Positions 1 through 9,468 of a stretch of 64,000 nt of DNA are shown in pieces; positions within the stretch are counted from its first letter, which is position 1; the number at the start of each line of letters is the position of its first letter. This DNA comes from Leptospiraceae bacterium (lineage in GTDB: Bacteria > Spirochaetota > Leptospiria > Leptospirales > Leptonemataceae), in assembly GCA_040217195.1 (NCBI GenBank), contig JAVJNR010000008.1:512001-576000 (forward strand), written 5' to 3'. A model generated the notes under the pieces. It ran no database searches, was not told the origin of the DNA, and saw only the letters and a list, made by a program, of their open reading frames with translations. The position numbers and the translations under genes were made by a program.

Positions 1-519
1 ATGCAAATCACAGGCAAAGCATTACTGAACAGTGCCGAAAGCATTCTGAAGGACCGGAAGGAAGATAGCTCCTCCAGAACAAATCGGGCGCCGCGCGAAA
101 ATGCTACCTCCTCCCGACCTGGCGATCGATTGGAACTGGATGGAATGGAAAACCGTCTGCTGACTTTGCAAAAGAGCCTGGGCGAATTGCAGAACCAGTA
201 CACCCGGGAACAAACTCGTCAATCCTACCTGAATCAATTCTCCAATGAAGTGGGACCTGAACTGCAGTTTCAGGGGGAGCCGTTGTTTCCTGAACTCTCC
301 CAGGGAAAATCCCTGAAGGATATTCAGACTCTGGTGGCAGAAAGTTTGAATCAGCTAACCAGTCGCTTGCGCAAAACAGAAGTGGAGATGGAAAATCTCT
401 ACGCTCTGAACATTGACTCCTCCGTGGCTCCACGCATTGGTGCTCAAGAGCTTAACAGTCAGGCACTAAGAAATATTGATCCAGGTCGAGTTGCTCGACT
501 GACCCGCGATAGCCAGTAA
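1..519 (+). CDS. hypothetical coiled-coil protein (true start could lie upstream of the window)
   Basis: 172-aa ORF; TAA at 517-519 directly abuts the yggS ATG at 520; helical Q/E/L-rich composition. Confidence 0.7.
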   Translation: MQITGKALLNSAESILKDRKEDSSSRTNRAPRENATSSRPGDRLELDGMENRLLTLQKSLGELQNQYTREQTRQSYLNQFSNEVGPELQFQGEPLFPELSQGKSLKDIQTLVAESLNQLTSRLRKTEVEMENLYALNIDSSVAPRIGAQELNSQALRNIDPGRVARLTRDSQ

Positions 520-1239
520 ATGGAGCATAGCTCCCAGGCGGCTCTGGAGGAAATCCGCCGGTCCCTGATGGAAATGGGCCGGCCGGACGTAACCATTGTA
601 GCCGTTTCCAAGACCCATGGACCGGAGCGAATCGATGAACTTGCTAACCTGGGATTACGAGATTTCGGAGAGAATCGGTACAATGAAGCCCGGGATAAAT
701 TCCCGGAAGTAAAATACACAGATCCCGTAGAGCCTTTAATCTATCATCATATTGGTCCCTTGCAGTCCGGCTTTGCCCGTAACCTGCCTGGACTTTTTCA
801 TCGTGTACATGGAGCATCCTCGATTTCCGCCCTGGAGAAACTGGCAAAGTCAGCTCTGCGGTACAGTCAGGACAATGTCGATTTACCGGCAACTCAATGG
901 CCCATGCAATATCTGATTCAATTGCGACTCACCGGAGAACAGAGCAAGCTGGGCGGAATGTCCCCGGAGGAATTCCTGTCTCTAGACACACTTCCAGAAA
1001 ATGAAGCTTTAAAGTTCAATGGATTTATGACAATGGGGCCTGAAAATCAGGACCCGGTGGAAACAAGAGAGGTTTTTCATCGACTTAGAGAAATGAGGGA
1101 TCAGTGTCTTCCTGAAGGGGAACTAAGTATGGGTATGTCCGGAGACTGGAAGATCGCTGTGGAAGAAGGAGCCACACTGATTCGGCTTGGTTCCGTTCTT
1201 TTTGGACCACGCAAGGGAGCACCCTGGAAAAAGGATTGA
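520..1239 (+). CDS. yggS: PLP homeostasis protein, YggS family
   Basis: Motifs VAVSKT (PLP Lys), FGENRY, HHIGPLQS, GFMTMGP, LSMGMSGDW, EEGATLIRLGS. Confidence 0.95.
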   Translation: MEHSSQAALEEIRRSLMEMGRPDVTIVAVSKTHGPERIDELANLGLRDFGENRYNEARDKFPEVKYTDPVEPLIYHHIGPLQSGFARNLPGLFHRVHGASSISALEKLAKSALRYSQDNVDLPATQWPMQYLIQLRLTGEQSKLGGMSPEEFLSLDTLPENEALKFNGFMTMGPENQDPVETREVFHRLREMRDQCLPEGELSMGMSGDWKIAVEEGATLIRLGSVLFGPRKGAPWKKD

Positions 1240-1271
1240 TTGCCTGCGGGCAAAGAGGAGCCATTCATTAG

Positions 1272-3749
1272 ATGCCATTGGAACCAGGCAAACCACTACA
1301 GCAGCAAAAAGTAGATCCGGGAACCGTGTTGTTTCAGAGCGGTCAGAGCGCCGAGATGCTTTGCTTGCTTCACCAGGGCGAAGTGGGTATTCAGTTTCCA
1401 GGGCATAAGAATCCCGCCTACCGTCTGGGCAACAATACGTGCCCTGGCTTTGCGGCTCTCCTCCGCAGAGAAAAGTACGAAACCAATTTTGTAGTGACCA
1501 AGCCTTCTGTGATCAGTGCCTTCCCGGTTAAACGAGATCAGGGATTCCAGGGGCTGGTGCTTGGAAAGCTGAACGTGGCAATGCTTGCTGTTCGCACAGT
1601 GGCGCAGGAAATCATGCAGTCTCTGCAGTCCAGCAAGCAGATGGAGGATTTTTCCAACTATTTACAGAAGACCCTGGATAACATGGCTCTGGCTTATTAT
1701 CGCTGCAATCCACAGGTATTTGAAAACCAGATACAGGCCGGAGGAGACTCCTTTGTGGATCCGGTGATCGCCGCTGCCAGGATTGTGGTGGATAGCTTTC
1801 AAGAACACGGCGGGGAAATCCCTGAATCATTGAACCGCGCCTGGTTGGATGCAGATCACTCTCAATTCCTGGATAGAACTTATGATTTTGAACCCTCCGT
1901 AGACCAGGACAGCTTCCAGCTATTTCGCAGAATCCTTTCCCTTCCCGCCAATGTACAGGGAGCCATGTACAAAGCCGATCTACAGATTCTTCAGGGAGTT
2001 GGAATTCGTCTGACAGATATCCTGGGAGAGGCCCAGCAGGATTTGAGACAGCTCTATCATGGAATCAAGGAAGGAATGGAAGGACTGGTGCAGGGAGAAT
2101 ACTGCTTCGCAGAGAAATACTTTATGCTTTCCGATCTGGCCCGGTCCGGGGTAACCAGTGTATCCGCCCCGGAATTTGCACAGGTCATTCGATGGGTGCA
2201 CGACACCATCGCCCGCACTGTACAGAATTACAAATCGTTGATGGGTGGATCTCTTCCAGACATCACTCCATCCGTTCAGAAAATCGAAGAGTTCCTGCAA
2301 GAGGATCCGGCAGCCAAAGCCGTAGAGGAACAGGCCGAGAAAAAGGCGGCCCGCGCAGGCGCGGACATGGATGTCATTAAAAAAGATCTCCAGGGCTCCA
2401 CAGGTAAGATACTTAGTTTTATCCAGATGCCCAACGATGAAGCCAAGAAGCTTCTCGCAGATTTAAAAGAACTTAAAAAGGTAAATAATCCTCTGGATTC
2501 ATCCCCGGAACTCCGCAAGTTGCGAAGAGGGATTTCCACTCTGTACTGGAAAGCGTACGAAAAAGCGCATTTCAAATTCAAAGAATCCAACGGAAATGTA
2601 CCCAGACCGGTTCGGCTCATGCTGGATTTTGGATTCTTCGACGAGGAAATGCTGGATGATAACCATCTGGAGTTTATCTATGATCTCCAGGATACCACTC
2701 GGGCAAATAAGATCTATCCGGTGATGTATTCCAGAGAATGGATCGAGCATGTAGGAAATCGAAAAGAACCTCCATCCATCGATGAAATGGGACAAACCTA
2801 CTTCGAAAAGTTAAAACAGGAAAACAAAGAAAAGGGCTGGAAGAGAGAAAGCGACCTTCCGGAAGAATATACAAATTACAGCGTACTTTCGAAATACGAA
2901 TTGCATAATTTCCTGGAAACGAATGTAAAACTGACATCAGGCAGTCCGGCCAGCGCATTTCCTATACTCACTCGATACGATATCACCATCGATCTGGATA
3001 AATCTTTTGTTACCAGAGAGAAGATTTCTGAGGCTCTGGACAAACTTCTGGCCACGGATTATTCAGCCTTCCACAGAGAAGTGTTGATCAACGATGAAGA
3101 AAAGGGAATACTGAAAGAGTTCGTTCAGACCAGAGTCATTCCAAATTTCATTATTGTTCCTTCCATAGGAACTAAAATCATGATGTGGCAGGAACTTGCC
3201 CTTTCCCGTCTCAAAGGATCCCGTGGCAGGATTGCCGTGCCTGTATTTGCTACGGCAGACTTCTACACTTTGTTACTTGAAGCTGTGGCCGCTTTCCGAT
3301 GGGAGCTTACCAAGACAATCCTGGGAGCAGACTGGAATAACATAGCGAACTCTTCCCTTACTGCAGATTACACAGACTATATTCAATTCTTCAAGAAGAA
3401 CCGAGAGCTTTCTCAGGAAGCCAAGGAAAAACTGGCTGCTGAGCTGAAGCGATATCGCGGAGAGCGAAATATGTTTGTAAACGATTACACAAACTGGATT
3501 CGATATGAGTCTGAAGGTGTAATGAAGCTCAACAAGGTGGCCCGAGCCATCCTTTACCGTCACGTTCCATTTTCCAAAGCTGTGCGCGACAATCTGGCCA
3601 ATCAGCCTGCCTTCTCAGAGTTGCAGAACCGACTTTCCAATATTCGCAAGAAGAAACTTCATGAATTGGAGATCAAGTATCGCAAATACGGGGAACCAGG
3701 AAGCCTGCCTGAACCACTGGAAGAGAATCTAAACTTTTTTCGAGTTTGA
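1272..3749 (+). CDS. large protein with N-terminal cyclic-nucleotide-binding-like domain and long helical C-terminus
   Basis: N-terminus PGTVLFQSGQSAEMLCLLHQGEVGI resembles a cNMP beta-barrel; 825-aa uninterrupted ORF. Confidence 0.75.
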   Translation: MPLEPGKPLQQQKVDPGTVLFQSGQSAEMLCLLHQGEVGIQFPGHKNPAYRLGNNTCPGFAALLRREKYETNFVVTKPSVISAFPVKRDQGFQGLVLGKLNVAMLAVRTVAQEIMQSLQSSKQMEDFSNYLQKTLDNMALAYYRCNPQVFENQIQAGGDSFVDPVIAAARIVVDSFQEHGGEIPESLNRAWLDADHSQFLDRTYDFEPSVDQDSFQLFRRILSLPANVQGAMYKADLQILQGVGIRLTDILGEAQQDLRQLYHGIKEGMEGLVQGEYCFAEKYFMLSDLARSGVTSVSAPEFAQVIRWVHDTIARTVQNYKSLMGGSLPDITPSVQKIEEFLQEDPAAKAVEEQAEKKAARAGADMDVIKKDLQGSTGKILSFIQMPNDEAKKLLADLKELKKVNNPLDSSPELRKLRRGISTLYWKAYEKAHFKFKESNGNVPRPVRLMLDFGFFDEEMLDDNHLEFIYDLQDTTRANKIYPVMYSREWIEHVGNRKEPPSIDEMGQTYFEKLKQENKEKGWKRESDLPEEYTNYSVLSKYELHNFLETNVKLTSGSPASAFPILTRYDITIDLDKSFVTREKISEALDKLLATDYSAFHREVLINDEEKGILKEFVQTRVIPNFIIVPSIGTKIMMWQELALSRLKGSRGRIAVPVFATADFYTLLLEAVAAFRWELTKTILGADWNNIANSSLTADYTDYIQFFKKNRELSQEAKEKLAAELKRYRGERNMFVNDYTNWIRYESEGVMKLNKVARAILYRHVPFSKAVRDNLANQPAFSELQNRLSNIRKKKLHELEIKYRKYGEPGSLPEPLEENLNFFRV

Positions 3750-4513
3750 TCCGATTGCCTCTGTTTTTCAGAAGTCATCTGCTGAAGAATCAATCGAATT
3801 TCTCTGCGCTCCACAGGATGCTTGCTCAGAAATAGGGCTCGTTTTAAATGCTTTCTGGCCAGCTTGAATTCGTTGGCCTCTATGTACAGCTCCCCCAGTT
3901 CGCGAAGACACCCTGGATGACCCTTCTTTAGCTGGCAGGCCTTTTCGAGCATGGTAAGTCCCTGCCCGGGGTTTTCATCATAGTAGGTTCTGGCCAGAAG
4001 ATACATGGAGCCAAAATGATCTGGCTTCAAAGACAGTGCCTTTTCCAGCAGACTTCTCCTATCCTCTTTCTTGACCAGGGCCAGATTATAATAGCCGGCA
4101 TAGAAATCCGGAGCACATTCAATAGCTTTTCGATAGAGTGAAGCGGCCCGATCGTAACGATGAGCATCGGAATGAAGGTTTCCCAGATTCACCAGAGCCT
4201 TCTTATGGCAGGACTGAAGTTTTAGAGTATTCTCATACTCCCGGGCCGCCTGTTCGCGATAGTTCATTTTATGGAAAAGAAAAGCCAGACGAAATCGAAT
4301 TTCCTGAGAATTCGGATCCAGTGTGGCTGCCCTTTTCAGCATCCGAACCGCTTCCACATCGCCCTGAGTCAGACTCTTATGATACAGATCATGGGCTGGA
4401 TCTGCCTGTATTAAACCTGGCAATCCCAGAATGGAAAGAGCCAGGCCTATCAGGATAACCGGAACTGAGAAATGGTGGTGTATACCGAAGCCAATACGAA
4501 TACCAGTAATCAC
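3659..4513 (-). CDS. exported tetratricopeptide-repeat protein
   Basis: Hydrophobic N-terminus; repeated TPR patterns (ALVNLGNLH, AGYYNLAL, SMYLLARTY, CLRELGELY); 3' end overlaps the previous gene by 91 nt. Confidence 0.85.
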   Translation of the reverse strand: MITGIRIGFGIHHHFSVPVILIGLALSILGLPGLIQADPAHDLYHKSLTQGDVEAVRMLKRAATLDPNSQEIRFRLAFLFHKMNYREQAAREYENTLKLQSCHKKALVNLGNLHSDAHRYDRAASLYRKAIECAPDFYAGYYNLALVKKEDRRSLLEKALSLKPDHFGSMYLLARTYYDENPGQGLTMLEKACQLKKGHPGCLRELGELYIEANEFKLARKHLKRALFLSKHPVERREIRLILQQMTSEKQRQSDQTRKKFRFSSSGSGRLPGSPYLRYLISNS

Positions 4514-4836
4514 CTTTTAATTATCGATGATTTAGACAGGTAGCTTGATGGATGAAACCGGTGGATACCCGGTGAAATGGTCCAGGATTTACACTGACCG
4601 GGTTTGGCCAGTTTCTGGATGCCAGCCATGACAGGACTGGCATAGCTGTGCAGTCATGTCAGTTTTCAGCAACGCCCATAGCCTGGCTGTGGAGTCCCGT
4701 TCCTTTTCAATTGCGGCAAGAACCTGACAGGAATCAATTTAAGCAGCCAGCCCTTTCAATTATTGAAGGGCCGATCCAGACGGTGCCAGTCTTATTGCCC
4801 GAGACCAGGAGATTCAATACAAAGGCCTGGTATATT

Positions 4837-5526
4837 CTAGAAGTCCTCTACGAAATAAGACTTTGTATACTCCCGCACCACTTCCACAATGAATCGGGCC
4901 CAGCTACGTTGATCCCCGGATTCAATATGCACCTGCTTTAGTTTGGGAAAATAAGGCCTGGGTTTATGTATACTATGCGTAAGCTCAATAGCTCGAATAT
5001 AATGGTCCACTCGCCGAATGCGAACAAAGTTCAATTGCTCGGTTTCCAGCCTTCCAGGAGGCAGAAAACCTACGATGATTAGCTTGGGAAACAGTGCCTT
5101 TTTCAGAAGATTCAAGAACTCCGAAAAGGAGTCCACTCGATCGATGAATCCCTCGTAGGCTCCCCCACCCAGGTTCATCATCTGAGTGACTATGTCCATA
5201 CTGAGCGAGATTCCGGCCATCTCGTTCATGTCAGACACAATGACGATTCCTTCATCTGGCTGAAAGCATTTGAACTCCTGCTCTCCTCCGAAATGTCGCC
5301 GTAGAAGTTTGGCTCTGGAAATATCGATCTCCTCACCCTTGGTGAGCAGTGGGTCCCGGTTTGTGGGCACCCGCAACTCTTCCCTGGACATGATAAAGCG
5401 CTTCTTTAATGCGCTTTGATTCATGATTCGGAAAGCTTTGATTTTCTCTTCTAGCTCATCCAGCGTTGAAACCCCGATTCGCAGCGGGTTCTCCTTCTTT
5501 CTTATCTCTTCCTGACTGGGTTCCAT
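4837..5526 (-). CDS. conserved-looking hypothetical protein, possibly with a degenerate receiver-like C-terminal domain
   Basis: 229-aa ORF with ATG and upstream AAGGA; globular composition; fold guess is weak. Confidence 0.7.
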   Translation of the reverse strand: MEPSQEEIRKKENPLRIGVSTLDELEEKIKAFRIMNQSALKKRFIMSREELRVPTNRDPLLTKGEEIDISRAKLLRRHFGGEQEFKCFQPDEGIVIVSDMNEMAGISLSMDIVTQMMNLGGGAYEGFIDRVDSFSEFLNLLKKALFPKLIIVGFLPPGRLETEQLNFVRIRRVDHYIRAIELTHSIHKPRPYFPKLKQVHIESGDQRSWARFIVEVVREYTKSYFVEDF

Positions 5527-5570
5527 ATTTGGGGTTGCTTTCCTTTTACATCTCTATTCAAAGGCAGGTT

Positions 5571-5831
5571 CTAACCACGAAGGACAAACAGTATCAAGAA
5601 TGCTGAGAAAAACAATCCAAGGGTGATCAGGAAATACTGCATCCAACGGGTCTTTCTTTCCAGATCATTGATCCTTCGGCTCAATTCCATATTTTCCTCT
5701 TCCAGCTTATTAACTGCAGGACCTGATTGACTCTGCTGCCACGCTTGAAAAAAGATTGGAATGACCTCGGAGACAAAAGGAACAAGGAGGGACAGGAAGC
5801 TTATCCTTTCTTTCTTTTCAGGGTGTGCCAT
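5571..5831 (-). CDS. small coiled-coil protein with C-terminal transmembrane helix
   Basis: ATG at 5831 (MAHPEKK); heptad segment LEEENMELSRRINDLE, then hydrophobic tail. Confidence 0.6.
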   Translation of the reverse strand: MAHPEKKERISFLSLLVPFVSEVIPIFFQAWQQSQSGPAVNKLEEENMELSRRINDLERKTRWMQYFLITLGLFFSAFLILFVLRG

Positions 5832-6249
5832 AAAACAGGTTAGCAGAGTTGCTCTTTCTCTTGCCCTGGGAAGCATTTTTTTACCCGGTTGTTATACTGC
5901 AGAATTCCAGCCTCATCCGGACTACCCGGGCCGCAGGCCACTTGATATACAAAAAACAGAATTGCGAGAATCCTGCTTTCGACCGCGGGGCCTCTTTCTG
6001 GGCACACTTACTATCCGGAATTTTCAGGGAGATCTCAGCAATCCAGGATTCCGAAGCTACATTGAATCTGAAATGGAGGAACGAGGTTCTAACTTCGCAT
6101 GTATTAGTAGCAGCCGCCTGGAAAACCAGGAACTCTATCAAGTTCAAAACAAGTCCATGCATTCCAATAAAGTACAACCGGGACAATCCCTGGAAAAAAA
6201 GGTAGGAATCATGATACTACATTTATACTATGATGCAGTAGAGGAATGA
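5761..6249 (+). CDS. putative lipoprotein (start codon uncertain)
   Basis: Signal/lipobox-like KQVSRVALSLALGSIFLPGC; stop abuts next ATG at 6250. Confidence 0.55.
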   Translation: MTSETKGTRRDRKLILSFFSGCAIKQVSRVALSLALGSIFLPGCYTAEFQPHPDYPGRRPLDIQKTELRESCFRPRGLFLGTLTIRNFQGDLSNPGFRSYIESEMEERGSNFACISSSRLENQELYQVQNKSMHSNKVQPGQSLEKKVGIMILHLYYDAVEE

Positions 6250-6804
6250 ATGCACACAAAACCGGAAGTCCACGTAAACCAGGCCGGCGTTTGGTATTTT
6301 CGCACAAATCCAATCGAGAATGCTTCGATTCTGAATTACTTTAAGCAGAATCTAAAAAGGGATGCAGACGGATTGTATTATATTGAGAATCGCTTTGGAG
6401 AAAGAAAAGAAGAAGGCTACATCCAGGGCGTGGCCGGATTCCCTCTTGTTATTAGCAGTCTGAGTACTGACAATTTCAAAGCCTATCTTGAATGCGATAT
6501 GGAAACGCAACTTGATCCTGCCTGGATCGGCAATCAGGCAGGAACAGAGCCTACGATTCTCTTTTACAAGGATGACTCTACATTGTGGACCCTGATTTCC
6601 ATGCCTGATTCCGAGTCAGGGATTCCAGCTCGACTGAGCGGAGCATGTATGGCTTCTCTTCACAATTTTCTGGACGATACATCGGACGGGCTACAACTGA
6701 AATTGGAAAACCAGGTATATTCTATTATCGAAAGATCACCGGATGATTTTTTTCAAGAGCTGGACTTAACTCCACCGGAACCATCGGACAATCCAGTGGA
6801 ATAA
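6250..6804 (+). CDS. hypothetical protein (possibly DUF1285-like)
   Basis: 184-aa ORF; N-terminal VNQAGVWYFRTNPI pattern; family call weak. Confidence 0.6.
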   Translation: MHTKPEVHVNQAGVWYFRTNPIENASILNYFKQNLKRDADGLYYIENRFGERKEEGYIQGVAGFPLVISSLSTDNFKAYLECDMETQLDPAWIGNQAGTEPTILFYKDDSTLWTLISMPDSESGIPARLSGACMASLHNFLDDTSDGLQLKLENQVYSIIERSPDDFFQELDLTPPEPSDNPVE

Positions 6805-6985
6805 AAAATGGTTCAGGAAGCCCGCAATCCGTATCAGCAACATTCAATTCGAAAATCCGGATCAATCCGGTTATTCGGCCACTCCAATGACTTTAGAAAT
6901 AGCGTAGCTTCCAAGCAAATCACATTGTATCCTGGGAATTCTTCCTGCCAGGCCGATGGCCACCGGTTCTGGAGTTACTTTCGCT

Positions 6986-7408
6986 CTAGGGGCGATTGAA
7001 ATTGGAATCTACTACGATCAGACCGGGAACCTTTCTGTATTGTTTGGACGTGGAACATATCCACATCAATCCTGCTTCCAGCGCAGCGGCTGCATGACCG
7101 GCCAATTGAATCGAAATAGAATTTTCCATTCGCAGAGCCCGGGCTTTTTGCCAGTGTCCTCCATCGAACGGAAGTATCTCCGAGCAAAGGTCTGCGAAAC
7201 CGTCACTGATCGAAAGAGCCAGTTGCTGATCCAGACCAGCCTCCGCTGCGATAAAATCCCATTGTATAAAGGTCAGCACGGATGTGAAGAAATGAGCCCC
7301 CTGCTTCAGACTCTGATCTAGATTCTGACGCACCAATTCTGAGTCTTTGCCCGGCGATGCGCAAAGCAGGAAAACCGATGGATCGACATAGAACTCCCGG
7401 GTACTCAT
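6986..7408 (-). CDS. PIN-domain (VapC-like) protein with degenerate active site
   Basis: 140 aa; FYVDPSVFL start, FIAAE, AGHAAAALEAG, ICSTSKQYRKVPGL end; ATGA overlap with upstream RHH gene. Confidence 0.7.
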   Translation of the reverse strand: MSTREFYVDPSVFLLCASPGKDSELVRQNLDQSLKQGAHFFTSVLTFIQWDFIAAEAGLDQQLALSISDGFADLCSEILPFDGGHWQKARALRMENSISIQLAGHAAAALEAGLMWICSTSKQYRKVPGLIVVDSNFNRP

Positions 7409-7674
7409 TTGAAGTTCCTTTCCAGTACTTCCTTTAAGGATGTGCTCTCAGTTTCAGCAAGAGGAGGCTCATCGTTCCATTGGGCCAGTCTTTGCATGGC
7501 GCGAATTCTGCTTCGGGGCCAGTACAGATCCTGATAGGCAGATCTGATCAATTCAGAAACCGAAACTCCCCGCCTTTCTGCCAGTTGTTTTAGATGACTC
7601 CATTCTGTTTCTGGTAACAGCATATGTAGCCGCTTCAGTTTCTTTTCTTTTTTGTCTGAATGGGCCTCGTCCAC
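7405..7674 (-). CDS. ribbon-helix-helix (CopG/VapB-like) antitoxin
   Basis: KRLHMLLPETEWSHLKQLAERRGVSVSELIRSA is a typical RHH; upstream of and coupled to the PIN gene. Confidence 0.8.
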   Translation of the reverse strand: MDEAHSDKKEKKLKRLHMLLPETEWSHLKQLAERRGVSVSELIRSAYQDLYWPRSRIRAMQRLAQWNDEPPLAETESTSLKEVLERNFK

Positions 7675-7785
7675 AGATCCAGCCTTTCATGGAGATGGAT
7701 ACAGGGAAGTAGAATCCAGCGGGATCGCCGGCCAGCATATACATAAATTCCTTGGCAGGGGGATGGGCCAATCCCCACTTTCCCT

Positions 7786-8772
7786 GTGATTGGACTGTGG
7801 ATTGTGGGAGGCCTGGCGGCCATTATTGCCGGAATATTTCTGCTGGGATACTACGGATTACCGGAACCAGAGGTGCCCTACCCCGGCGTACCTGGTCCGG
7901 ATAAGATTCTGCCTGGTGCTGAACCCTGGGAATTCAAAGGCGACTCCGATGTATGCTTTCTGGTAATTCATGGATTCGCCGGATCTGCCTTTAATACCCG
8001 ACCCCTGGGAGAATTCTTTCATTCCCTGGGTCATACGGCTGTAGGTCCATTGCTTCCCGGTCATGGAACTACGCCAGATGAGATGCAAAAAACCAGATAC
8101 TACCATTATCTAAGATATGTGAATCATCTGTACCATGAATGCCGAAGAAGGTACAAAGAAGTATTCCTGGTGGGATTCTCTATGGGAGGAACACTTGCCA
8201 TGGATGTGGCCAGTCGAAATTCCTTGAGAGCTCCTGTTTCAGGCCTGGTATTGGTTTCTACGCCTGCTTTCTTTAATGGATATTTCAACGGTAGAATGAT
8301 CCTTCATGATTTCAGCCTGATGCTCACTGGTGTCGCACAGATTTTTACAAACATTATCAAGCTAGATAAAAAACTGCCTGATGAAGTAAATGAAGCGAAT
8401 CCCTGGGTCGGCTACCGTTTCGTTTATCCGCTTGGCCCGCTGCACAGTTTTAAAAGAGCCTTTCGTGGGGTCCGACACAGACTTCCTCTAATCACCAGTC
8501 CCTGTTGTCTGGTAATGAGCCAGAACGATGAAACAGTGAATTCGGAGAACCAGTACTACATCTATTCAAGAATCAACAGTCGAGAGAAACGGGCCTGCAT
8601 GTTCCAGCTCCCCATGGATGGAACTACGAGACATGTACTTCCTACGCATAACTATGCTCGCGACAAGGTAGTGCGATTCCTGGAAGATTTTATCGAAGAC
8701 ACTCTGCAGGATATGTCTTTGCCACCCAGGCCGTCTGCCTGGAAGAGGTTTAAACAATTCTTCGGGCGATGA
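7786..8772 (+). CDS. membrane-anchored alpha/beta-hydrolase (carboxylesterase/monoacylglycerol lipase type)
   Basis: IHGFAGS oxyanion motif, LPGHGT, GFSMGG nucleophile elbow, DETV Asp, RHVL His; N-terminal TM. Confidence 0.9.
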   Translation: MIGLWIVGGLAAIIAGIFLLGYYGLPEPEVPYPGVPGPDKILPGAEPWEFKGDSDVCFLVIHGFAGSAFNTRPLGEFFHSLGHTAVGPLLPGHGTTPDEMQKTRYYHYLRYVNHLYHECRRRYKEVFLVGFSMGGTLAMDVASRNSLRAPVSGLVLVSTPAFFNGYFNGRMILHDFSLMLTGVAQIFTNIIKLDKKLPDEVNEANPWVGYRFVYPLGPLHSFKRAFRGVRHRLPLITSPCCLVMSQNDETVNSENQYYIYSRINSREKRACMFQLPMDGTTRHVLPTHNYARDKVVRFLEDFIEDTLQDMSLPPRPSAWKRFKQFFGR

Positions 8773-8846
8773 AGCACGGGTTGATCATCGCGCTTTATGG
8801 GAGACCGGCATCAAGCATCTTTGTAGCCCCCGATCCTGAGTGAAAG

Positions 8847-9134
8847 CACCGAAAACGGCTGAACATCGCTACGGCCGGGATATTGGCTCAACACTGAGAA
8901 CGGTTGCTCATTCCCACGGCCCGGGATATTGGCTCAACACTGAGAACGGTTGCACATCGCTACGGCCCGGGATATCTGCTCAACACTGAGAACGGCTGCT
9001 CATTGCTAAGGCCCGCGCTATCTGCTCAACGCTGAGAACGGCTGCTCATTGCTACGGCCCGCGCTATCTGCTCAACGTTGAAAACGGCTCCGCTTCGTTA
9101 CGGCACCCGAAGTCTGCTTAACTCTGAAAACGGC
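8847..9134. repeat. intergenic tandem repeat, 46-bp unit, about 6.3 imperfect copies
   Basis: Units start at 8847 (45 bp), 8892, 8938, 8984, 9030, 9076, partial at 9122; example unit cactgagaacggctgctcattgctaaggcccgcgctatctgctcaa. Confidence 0.95.
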
Positions 9135-9422
9135 AGAACAGCCGGAAAGCCCGAGACCTTAGGCGCAGGGTTCAGCATGGCTGACCAGAATCTCTCGCAA
9201 CTGCGATACCCAATCCTATTTTCAGGTCGACTCTCCATTCCCAATCCGTATTTCCCGAGGTTCAGGCCTTTCATTCCGGAATCAATCCAATCGGAGCCAT
9301 CTGGCTAATGCAATCCGCACATCTTCGGCAAATACCGATAGTGAGAGATCTGATTTAGCCATGCACCTCTCGTTTCTCTGCTGCCACAACCCCTCAGCAG
9401 CAAAGCTGACTGCAGTATCCTG

Positions 9423-9468
9423 TTGACAGATTCACCTCCCCATTTAGTTTGGACCCAAACTAAATGGG
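9423..9468 (+). promoter_or_regulatory. sigma70-type promoter with perfect palindromic operator over the marR start
   Basis: TTGACA 9423-9428, TAGTTT 9445-9450 (16-bp spacer); inverted repeat cccatttagtttgg-ac-ccaaactaaatggg at 9439-9468. Confidence 0.75.

Noticed and set aside
4750..4771. Hairpin gccctttcaattattgaagggc as a terminator
   Set aside because: Plausible stem but no U-tract on either strand; insufficient support
8847..9134. 46-bp array as CRISPR, or as part of ORF 9078-9308
   Set aside because: No spacers; stops cycle through frames; the 76-aa ORF has a TTG start inside the repeat and no recognisable features
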